A DNA stretch of 64,000 bases, taken from an uncultured Gammaproteobacteria bacterium (GTDB taxonomy: Bacteria; Patescibacteriota; Microgenomatia; UBA8517). The first letter of the stretch is position 1. Every line of letters starts with the position of its first letter. This document shows positions 49,352-57,126 of this stretch, one piece after another. The notes beneath the pieces are model-generated. The model was given only the letters and a program-made list of their open reading frames with translations. It did no database searches and had not been told where the DNA came from. The position numbers and the translations under genes were made by a program. Where the stretch lies: assembly GCA_965231135.1 (NCBI GenBank), contig OZ246419.1, forward strand, positions 449,488 through 513,487, written 5' to 3'.

Positions 49352-50632
49352 ATGGCAAAAGTGCAAAAAATTTGGGCTAGAGAAATTTTAGATTCCAGAG
49401 CAAATCCTACAGTTGAAGCTTATTGTCTTCTTGATAATGGAATTGTTGCGATTTCATCAGTTCCATCTGGAATTTCAACTGGAACATATGAAGCACATGA
49501 ACTTCGAGACGGAGACCCAAAGCGATATAAAGGAAAGGGAGTATTGAAGGCTGTTGAAAATGTAACTAATATACTTGGCCCTGCAATTATTGGAATGGAT
49601 CCAAACCAACAGGAAGAAATTGATAAAAAAATGATGGCATTGGACGGGACAGAAAATAAAGAAAAACTTGGGGCAAATAGTATTTTATCTATTTCCGAAG
49701 TTGTAGCTAAAGCTGCGGCTCTTGATAAAAAAGAACCGCTTTTTAAGTATTTTTGGGATGTCTCAGAACAAAGACAAATTCCAGTTCATAAAAAAATTCC
49801 AACACCACTTTTTAATATGATTAATGGAGGACTTCATGGAGCAGGAAATTTGGATTTTCAGGAATTTTTTGTAATTCCTGCTTCTTCCAAAAGTTTTTCT
49901 CAGGGTCTTGAGATGGGTGTGGAAATTTATTTGAGTATCGGAGAGAACCTGGCGAGACGCGGGGCAATTCATAGCGTTGGAGACGAAGGAGGATATGCGC
50001 CAAATCTTTTTACAAATGCTGATGCACTTGAAATCTTAGTTGAATCGATTCGCGAAACTTCGTATGTTTTGGGGTCTGATGTATTTTTGGGATTAGATGT
50101 TGCTGCAAACTCTATTTACAAAAATGGCCGTTATTCAATCAGAGATAAATCAGGGCCGCTTGATGAACTTGCGATGATTGATTATTTTAAGGAACTTAAT
50201 TTTACATACCACCTTGAAGTGCTTGAAGACCCTCTTTATGAAGATGCTTGGACTGGATGGAATAAATTACTTCAAACTCTTGATCCTCAAATGTCTATTG
50301 TCGGTGATGATCTTTTAGTAACTAATCCAAAAAGAATTGATAAAGCAATTGCACAAAAAGCTTGCAATACAATTTTAGTTAAGCCAAATCAAATTGGAAC
50401 TGTGACTGAAACTTTGGAGGTTGTTAAAAAAGCTCGAGATGCAGGATGGAAAGTAATTGTATCTCATCGATCTGGAGAAACTACTGATACATTCCTTGCT
50501 GATTTTGCTGTTGGAGTTGGAGCTGATTATATAAAAAGCGGAGCTCCTGCCCGCGGAGAACGCGTTGTTAAATATAATCGCCTTTCTGCAATTGAATCTG
50601 ATATGAAACAAATGGGAGTACTTCCGAAGTAA
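49352..50632 (+). CDS. eno: Enolase
   Basis: Enolase N-terminus (AREILDSRANPTVEA) and active-site region SHRSGETTDTFLADFAVG. Confidence 0.92.
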   Translation: MAKVQKIWAREILDSRANPTVEAYCLLDNGIVAISSVPSGISTGTYEAHELRDGDPKRYKGKGVLKAVENVTNILGPAIIGMDPNQQEEIDKKMMALDGTENKEKLGANSILSISEVVAKAAALDKKEPLFKYFWDVSEQRQIPVHKKIPTPLFNMINGGLHGAGNLDFQEFFVIPASSKSFSQGLEMGVEIYLSIGENLARRGAIHSVGDEGGYAPNLFTNADALEILVESIRETSYVLGSDVFLGLDVAANSIYKNGRYSIRDKSGPLDELAMIDYFKELNFTYHLEVLEDPLYEDAWTGWNKLLQTLDPQMSIVGDDLLVTNPKRIDKAIAQKACNTILVKPNQIGTVTETLEVVKKARDAGWKVIVSHRSGETTDTFLADFAVGVGADYIKSGAPARGERVVKYNRLSAIESDMKQMGVLPK

Positions 50633-50646
50633 CTTTTAGATAACAA

Positions 50647-51273
50647 TTAATTTTTGGGGATATATTTTTTAACTTGAGCTAATATTTTTTTTCTATGCTC
50701 ATATGCTGAGGGCATAAAGGAAACTATAACTATTAAAATAATTAATGGAATTAAATATTTATCTACGTTTGGAATAACTTTACCAAGGAAATATCCTATT
50801 AGAAGCATTAAAGTTGACCATGTGACTCCTCCTGCTATATTAAAAGTAAGAAACTTGCTGTATTCCATTTCTCCAATGCCTGCAACAATTGGAGCAAAAG
50901 TTCTAACATAAGGCAAGAACCTTGCTAGAATAATTGTTTTGGTACCATTCTTTTTGTAAAATTCTTCTGCTGTTGTGATATGTTCTTTGTTTCTCAAAAA
51001 AGACTCTTTTCCTTTGTTGAAAAACTTTTTACCAAATTCTTTTCCCATCCAATATCCTGTTGAATCTCCAAGAACTGCCGCTAAAGCAAGAAGAGGAATC
51101 AAAACTAAAATATTAAAATATCCTTGAGTTGCAAGAAGCCCTGCTGTGACAATTAAACTGTCTCCTGGAAGGAAAAAGCCAAAAAATAAACCAGATTCTG
51201 CAAAAATGATGGCGAATAAACCAACATATCCAACTGCTTCAATTACTTTTGCAAGATCTATTCCAAAGAACAT
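50647..51273 (-). CDS. DedA/SNARE-associated family membrane protein
   Basis: Conserved DedA motif region (GLFFGFFLPGDSLIVTAG) and multiple TM helices. Confidence 0.8.
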   Translation of the reverse strand: MFFGIDLAKVIEAVGYVGLFAIIFAESGLFFGFFLPGDSLIVTAGLLATQGYFNILVLIPLLALAAVLGDSTGYWMGKEFGKKFFNKGKESFLRNKEHITTAEEFYKKNGTKTIILARFLPYVRTFAPIVAGIGEMEYSKFLTFNIAGGVTWSTLMLLIGYFLGKVIPNVDKYLIPLIILIVIVSFMPSAYEHRKKILAQVKKYIPKN

Positions 51274-51333
51274 AACTTTTAAATTGTAATGGAATTGATT
51301 TTATTTTACTAGTAGCTTGTTTTATAATTACAT

Positions 51334-51744
51334 ATGCTTGAACATGATTTAGATCCACAATATTACGTCGACCGTTTGTATATGTTTGGTTTGTTTTCGG
51401 ATGATTTGCCTAATGAAAGAGTTGGGGTTTGGCATCCTGATTATCCGATGATGAAATGTAAGGGAAATACTATATGTGGGTTAATGGCTACGCTTTGTAA
51501 TTTGCAGGATTCTGGATTATTGACCGATCGAAGAGATAATAAGGTTATACAGTATTTTATAGATTATCCTTGGGATTTTGATAGATTTACTACAGTTGAA
51601 GAAATTGAGATGATAAATGTTACTCTTGGTCTTGTTGGTAATTATTTAATAAATCGGTATCAATTAAATCTTGATAAAACTAAACTAAATCAAGAATTTG
51701 TAAGTTTAAAAAGAACTTTGAGAGCTAATTGGGGTGTTGAATGA
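51334..51744 (+). CDS. Hypothetical protein (136 aa)
   Basis: ORF with no recognisable domain. Confidence 0.4.
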   Translation: MLEHDLDPQYYVDRLYMFGLFSDDLPNERVGVWHPDYPMMKCKGNTICGLMATLCNLQDSGLLTDRRDNKVIQYFIDYPWDFDRFTTVEEIEMINVTLGLVGNYLINRYQLNLDKTKLNQEFVSLKRTLRANWGVE

Positions 51745-51747
51745 AAT

Positions 51748-52368
51748 TTAATTTACAAATTTTCTAATTACGCCAACGCAAATGCCTTGAATTTTGACGT
51801 CTTTGGCGAAGATTGGTGACATTGTGGAATTTGCTGGTTCTAATCTTATTCTTGTTGCTTCTTTGTAAAATCTTTTGAGAGTTGCCATGCCATTTTCTAG
51901 AAGAGCGACTACGATTTGCCCGTTTCTTGCAACGTTTGTTTCCTGAACTACAACATAATCTCCGTCTTCGATTGCAGCTTCGATCATTGAATTACCTCGC
52001 ACTTGTAAAACGTAAATTCTTTTTCCACCTGCTGCAAATGATGGTGCAATGTCTATGGTTGCGTTTGGATCAGTATAGGGTTCAAGGGGAGATCCTGCTG
52101 CAATGAAACCTAAAATTGGTACTGTGATTGATTTTTTCTCCGGATTGAATTTCTCGTCAATTAATTCTATTGCGCGGGTTTTGCCGTGTTCTCTTTTTAT
52201 TAAACCTTTTGCCTCAAGGGTTTGTAAATGTTCGTGAACTGTTGCAAGTGAACTGACATTTAAAGCGTCAGCTATCTGGCGAAGAGTTGGAGCACTGCCT
52301 TCGGTTTCGATATGCTGCTTGATAAAATCTAAAATTTGCCTTTGTCTTTTGTAAATTATTACTGCCAT
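51748..52368 (-). CDS. lexA: LexA repressor (SOS regulator, S24 peptidase)
   Basis: N-terminal wHTH (ALNVSSLATVHEHLQTLEAKGLIKRE) and C-terminal S24 motif with catalytic Ser (GNSM). ATG at 52368 is preferred over the track TTG at 52383. Confidence 0.88.
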   Translation of the reverse strand: MAVIIYKRQRQILDFIKQHIETEGSAPTLRQIADALNVSSLATVHEHLQTLEAKGLIKREHGKTRAIELIDEKFNPEKKSITVPILGFIAAGSPLEPYTDPNATIDIAPSFAAGGKRIYVLQVRGNSMIEAAIEDGDYVVVQETNVARNGQIVVALLENGMATLKRFYKEATRIRLEPANSTMSPIFAKDVKIQGICVGVIRKFVN

Positions 52369-52381
52369 AGTTAATAATAAC

Positions 52382-52437
52382 AATTTACAAATTTAACCCG
52401 AAGTTGTCAAGAGGGAAAAGGATTTGATTGACAACTT
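52382..52437. promoter_or_regulatory. lexA / NHL-gene divergent control region with a 10-bp inverted repeat AAGTTGTCAA-N17-TTGACAACTT and an AATTTACAAATT motif
   Basis: Arms at 52401-52410 and 52428-52437 each contain a TTGACA -35-like hexamer. The minus-strand arm lies 17 bp from TAAATT, upstream of the lexA ATG. The 12-mer AATTTACAAATT at 52382-52393 is shared with the 32177 locus. Confidence 0.4.
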
Positions 52438-52458
52438 GTCATAAGATATGATGAAAAT

Positions 52459-54429
52459 ATGAGACAATCGATCCTTGTAGTTTTATTAATTGTTTCTTCT
52501 CTGATTTTATTATCCGTTCGAACAGTTAAAGCGTATTATTCTAATATGCCCGCAAGTATGGTATTGGGGCAGACAAATTTTACAGATAGTGCTGGCGGGC
52601 TTGGCCCAAATAAATTTTTTGATAATACGACACATCCGACAAATACTGGTTTAGTTGGAATTTTTGTAGATCCTTTAGGAAGGTTGATAATTTCTGATTT
52701 TAGCAATGGACGAGTATTGATTTGGAATAAAATGCCTACGACAAATGGCGCTCCGGCGGATTTGGTTTTGGGTCAACCTGATTTTAATAGTAATTCGAAA
52801 AACGCTTGCGCTTGTGATACACCCGGCCCAAATACTTTAGTGAATGTGGGAAATGTTTATTCCACTGGAACTCAATTGTTTGTAGCGGATCAGAGCAATA
52901 ATCGAGTTTTAATTTGGAATACATTTCCGACTCACAACTTTCAGGCAGCGGATGTTGTGGTTGGTCAGGCAGATTTTACTTCGACAGCAACTACATGCAA
53001 TGCTTCAACGATGTATATTGCTGATTATGTGTATGTGTATGGGAATAAGCTTTTAGTTGCCGACCGTAACCATAGCCGAATTTTGATTTGGAATTCAATA
53101 CCAACAGTGAACGGGACGCCAGCTGATATAGAACTAGGGCATAGCGGTGGGCTGGCTGATTGTACTGGATCAAGTGCTAATGCAAGTAATTTTGCCATTC
53201 CGGAGGGGATTCTTGTTTATAATGGAAAACTTTTTGTTGTTGACCATGATTATAATAGAATTTTGGTTTGGAATACTTTTCCAACACAAAACAATCAGCC
53301 AGCTGATTATGTGATTGGTCAACCTGATTTTACAACTACATCTTCTGGTACAAGCGCTTCAGAATTTAGTGCTCCTCTGCAAGCGTATATAGATAATAAT
53401 AGACTTTTTGTGACTGAAGAGTCTAACAATAGAATTGTTGTTTTTAATTCAGTTCCAATAACAAATGGAGGTGTAGCTGATTTAGTTCTTGGCCAACCAA
53501 GTTTTACTTCCAATTCTGCAAATGAAGGGGAAGCTACTTCTGCATACGGTTTTAATAAACCAAGAGGAATTTTAGTATATAACAATCAACTTTTTGTAGG
53601 TGATCCTATTAATGCACGCGTGCTGATTTTTAATAATGTAATTGGAACACCCCAGATGAACATAAATACACCTTTTACTGACATTGGAAATGGAAGACTG
53701 GAATTGAAAGGAAATGTGCAATTGGGAGAGAATGGTCGCTATGCAATGCAGTGGATTAAGGCAGATGTGAACGGATCTGGGCTGGGAAATGTAAGCAATC
53801 TTTTTGGAGGAAGAAGTATCAATGCAACTACGACATTGTATGATTTTGTTAACGACTTTGATCCAAGAATCAATGGTGGAAGCAGCAACAACTTTACTCT
53901 TGACCTGGTGGCAAGCAGTTTTAATGCTGATACTACAAGTTTGTTTTATTTTTTGCCGTTTAATTTAAATTATGTCAGGAAGTCTAACAATAATTTAAAT
54001 ATTGATTTTACAGTTAATAATTTAAATATTCAAAGAATAAAAGATAATATTGATCACTTTAAAATTGAATATCGGAAAGAAAATGATTCTTCATGGTTGA
54101 CTTTGGTGAATAGTATAAGTACCGACAAAATATCTAATGCTGGAGAAATTAATCTTGTGACTTTAAATGTCTTAAAAATTGGGACAAAATACAATGTTAA
54201 AGTGGTAGCTGTTTCTAAGAATTCTAATTGGGAGCAATCGAGTAATGTTCTTAGTTATTTTTTTAATGTGCCTAATCAAAAGAAGAATATAATTGTTAAA
54301 AGTGCCTTGTCTACATCCGTTACGTCAACTCCTTTGCCTACTTTGGTAGTAGATACTCCAATGCCAGTTTTGCCTGTTCCGACAGTTTCACCACAAGCTA
54401 AAACATGTTTTCTTTTTTGGTGTTGGTAA
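52459..54429 (+). CDS. Secreted NHL-repeat beta-propeller protein with C-terminal Ig/Fn-like region
   Basis: Signal peptide. At least six repeats of about 48 aa: (N)NRVLIWNxxPTxNGxPADLVLGQPDFTSN. Confidence 0.6.
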   Translation: MRQSILVVLLIVSSLILLSVRTVKAYYSNMPASMVLGQTNFTDSAGGLGPNKFFDNTTHPTNTGLVGIFVDPLGRLIISDFSNGRVLIWNKMPTTNGAPADLVLGQPDFNSNSKNACACDTPGPNTLVNVGNVYSTGTQLFVADQSNNRVLIWNTFPTHNFQAADVVVGQADFTSTATTCNASTMYIADYVYVYGNKLLVADRNHSRILIWNSIPTVNGTPADIELGHSGGLADCTGSSANASNFAIPEGILVYNGKLFVVDHDYNRILVWNTFPTQNNQPADYVIGQPDFTTTSSGTSASEFSAPLQAYIDNNRLFVTEESNNRIVVFNSVPITNGGVADLVLGQPSFTSNSANEGEATSAYGFNKPRGILVYNNQLFVGDPINARVLIFNNVIGTPQMNINTPFTDIGNGRLELKGNVQLGENGRYAMQWIKADVNGSGLGNVSNLFGGRSINATTTLYDFVNDFDPRINGGSSNNFTLDLVASSFNADTTSLFYFLPFNLNYVRKSNNNLNIDFTVNNLNIQRIKDNIDHFKIEYRKENDSSWLTLVNSISTDKISNAGEINLVTLNVLKIGTKYNVKVVAVSKNSNWEQSSNVLSYFFNVPNQKKNIIVKSALSTSVTSTPLPTLVVDTPMPVLPVPTVSPQAKTCFLFWCW

Positions 54430-54466
54430 CTTCGTTTAATCTTTGGGTTTGTGGTATAGTTATAAT

Positions 54467-56452
54467 ATGAAATTTAAACTTAATTCTAAATTTGGATTGA
54501 TGGGAGATCAGCCTCAAGCTGTTGAAAAATTAGTAAAAGGAATTGAAGAAAAAGATCCTTACCAAGTTTTACTTGGGGTAACGGGATCAGGCAAAACTTT
54601 TACAGTAGCCAATGTTATTGAGCGTACTCAACGGCCAACGCTTGTGATTTCTCACAACAAGACCCTTGCCGCGCAGCTTTATCAAGAGCTTCGTGATTTT
54701 TTTCCCGAAAATGCAGTTTCTTATTTTGTTTCTTATTATGATTATTACCAGCCAGAAGCTTATATTCCTTCAACTGACACATATATAGAGAAAGATGCTG
54801 GAATAAATGAACTAATTGATAAATTGAGGCTCGCTGCAACTACAAATATTTTGACTCGTAATGATGTGATTGTTGTTGCTTCGGTTTCGTCTATTTATAA
54901 TATTGGTTCTTCAAAAGAATTTGGGAAATTTATTTTGGAAATTTCAAAGGACATGAAAGTAAGCCGAGAACAAATTATTGACAGGCTTACAAACTTGCAA
55001 TATGAAAGAAGCGATTTTGGATTTCACAGAGGTACATTTAGAGTAAACGGAGATATTATTGATGTTTACCCTGCATACGAAGATTTTGGAGTAAAAATAG
55101 AACTCAAGGATTATAAAGTGTTCAATATACAGAAATTCGATCCATTAACTGGAGTAAAAATTGATGAGGCGATGAAATTTTTTGTTCTTTATCCTTCAAA
55201 ACATTTTGTAACGGACCCGAATCAAAATAAAGATGTGTATGAAAGAATTGCAAAAGATATGCTTTCAAGAGTTAATGATTTGAAAAAAGAAGGGAAAGAA
55301 CTTGAAGCACACAGACTTCAGCAAAAAGTTACTTATGATTTGGAAATGATACGGGAAGTTGGTTATGTAAAAGGAATTGAAAATTATTCAAGATATTTTG
55401 ATGGACGAAACCCAGGAGATGCGCCGTTTTCGTTGCTTGATTATTTTAATGACACTTATGGAAAAGACTGGCTAACTGTTGTGGATGAAAGTCATATTAC
55501 TTTTCCACAAATACGTGGAATGTTTGCAGGAGATTTTTCTCGAAAACAAACTTTAATTGAATATGGATTTCGTTTACCGTCAGCTTTAGATAATAGACCA
55601 CTTAAATTTGATGAATTTATGAGAAGAATTCCAAATTTTATTGCAGTTTCAGCAACTCCTGATGATTGGGAAATTTCGATGTCTAAGAACCATATTGTTC
55701 AACAGCTTGTTCGCCCAACTGGAATTGTTGATCCAACTGTTGAAATTCGACCAACTGCAACACAAGTAAAAGATGTAATTGAAGAAATAAAGAAAAATGC
55801 TGAAAAGGGCGAGAGAACCTTGGTTACAACTCTTACCAAGCGAACTGCTGAAGATGTCGCAAATTATCTCGTTGATCAGGGAATAAAAGCTGAATATCTT
55901 CATAGCGACATTAAAACTTTGGAAAGGACTGATATTTTGGATAATTTAAGGCGAGGAGATTATGATGCTCTGATTGGAGTAAATCTTCTTCGAGAAGGAC
56001 TTGATCTTCCTGAGGTTTCATTGGTTGCAATTTTGGACGCAGATAAAGAAGGATTTCTTCGAAGCGAAGTAAGCTTGGTGCAAACAATGGGGCGCGCTGC
56101 AAGGCATGTAAAAGGGCGGGTAATTTTGTATGCAAATAAAGAGACAAATAGCATGAAGAAAGCGCTTGATGAGATAAAGCGGCGCCGTGAATATCAAACA
56201 AAATGGAATGAAGAACATAATATTACGCCAACAAGTATTCAAAAACCAATTAGAGAAAGATTGGTTGAAGAAGATGTGGAAGCTGAGGAAGAGCTTGATC
56301 CAGTTTATGCTTCGAATAATATTGATGCATTAACACCGATGGATAAAAGAAAATTAGTTAAAAGACTTAAAAGGGAAATGAAAATTGCAGCGGATGATAT
56401 GAATTTTGAGCTGGCTGCAAAACTCAGGGATAAGATTAAGGAATTAGAATGA
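54467..56452 (+). CDS. uvrB: Excinuclease ABC subunit B
   Basis: MKFKLNSKFGLMGDQPQAV is colinear with E. coli UvrB PFKLNSAFKPSGDQPEAI. Helicase motifs (GVTGSGKT). Extended -10 TGgTATAGT ends 7 nt before the ATG, so it is likely leaderless. Confidence 0.92.
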   Translation: MKFKLNSKFGLMGDQPQAVEKLVKGIEEKDPYQVLLGVTGSGKTFTVANVIERTQRPTLVISHNKTLAAQLYQELRDFFPENAVSYFVSYYDYYQPEAYIPSTDTYIEKDAGINELIDKLRLAATTNILTRNDVIVVASVSSIYNIGSSKEFGKFILEISKDMKVSREQIIDRLTNLQYERSDFGFHRGTFRVNGDIIDVYPAYEDFGVKIELKDYKVFNIQKFDPLTGVKIDEAMKFFVLYPSKHFVTDPNQNKDVYERIAKDMLSRVNDLKKEGKELEAHRLQQKVTYDLEMIREVGYVKGIENYSRYFDGRNPGDAPFSLLDYFNDTYGKDWLTVVDESHITFPQIRGMFAGDFSRKQTLIEYGFRLPSALDNRPLKFDEFMRRIPNFIAVSATPDDWEISMSKNHIVQQLVRPTGIVDPTVEIRPTATQVKDVIEEIKKNAEKGERTLVTTLTKRTAEDVANYLVDQGIKAEYLHSDIKTLERTDILDNLRRGDYDALIGVNLLREGLDLPEVSLVAILDADKEGFLRSEVSLVQTMGRAARHVKGRVILYANKETNSMKKALDEIKRRREYQTKWNEEHNITPTSIQKPIRERLVEEDVEAEEELDPVYASNNIDALTPMDKRKLVKRLKREMKIAADDMNFELAAKLRDKIKELE

Positions 56453-56474
56453 TGTGATATTATAATTATATAAT

Positions 56475-56594
56475 ATGAGAATATTTGGAAAAAATAAACC
56501 TAAAGATACTAAAAGAAATAAGTTAATTAAAAAGGCGATTAAAAAAGCTGCAAGGGATTATAAAGATACTTTTGTAAAACTTGCTAGCGCATAA
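56475..56594 (+). CDS. Small basic ORF (39 aa, MRIFGKNKPKDTKRNKLIKKAIKKAARDYKDTFVKLASA); candidate antitoxin/partner of the downstream Doc gene
   Basis: Hand-translated and below the ORF-track size cut-off. Stop lies 1 nt before the Doc ATG. TATAAT elements immediately upstream. Confidence 0.3.
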   Translation: MRIFGKNKPKDTKRNKLIKKAIKKAARDYKDTFVKLASA

Positions 56595-56595
56595 A

Positions 56596-57048
56596 ATGTT
56601 TTGGGTACAGATTGATGATTTTGAAGCTATTTGTTTTAATTTCTGTACAGAATTATTTACATTTAATGAACCAATTCCGAAGTTTACTACGAGATATTCA
56701 GGTATTCTTGAATCTTGTTTAAATAGTCCGCTTCAACAAGCATTTGGAAATGATTTATATCCAGAATTTAATGATAAATTGGCAATTCTGTTTTATTTGT
56801 TAAGTAAAAATCATCCATTTGTTAATGGTAATAAAAGAATGGCTGTAACTACTTTGTTGGTCACACTTTATGGCAATAATAAATGGATGAAAGCGACTTC
56901 TGAAGAAGTTTATGAAATTGCTGTAAAAGTTTCTGAATCTAAACCGAGAGATAAAGATAAAATTATTGTTATGATTAAGGATTTTTTAAATAAAAATATA
57001 AGTGAGAAAACTTTGATTGATAAATTATTGGAGTTAATTAATAAATAG
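56596..57048 (+). CDS. doc: Doc/Fic family protein (Doc-type toxin motif HPFVNGNKR)
   Basis: NHPFVNGNKRMAVTTLLVTL matches the Doc-subfamily Fic motif HxFx(D/N)GNKR. Length of about 150 aa is typical of Doc toxins. Confidence 0.65.
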   Translation: MFWVQIDDFEAICFNFCTELFTFNEPIPKFTTRYSGILESCLNSPLQQAFGNDLYPEFNDKLAILFYLLSKNHPFVNGNKRMAVTTLLVTLYGNNKWMKATSEEVYEIAVKVSESKPRDKDKIIVMIKDFLNKNISEKTLIDKLLELINK

Positions 57049-57126
57049 CCTCTTTCCTTTTTCTTTTGTTGGGGTAATATTAGGGATATCTCTATATAAA
57101 TAGTGATATAATAAACTCACCACTGG

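Noticed and set aside
54461-54469. TATAAT abutting the ATG of uvrB (and of the small ORF before doc) read as the -10 element
   Set aside because: A -10 ending at the start codon would put the TSS inside the ORF. The upstream TGgTATAGT (54452-54460), ending 7 nt before the ATG, is the more likely -10.
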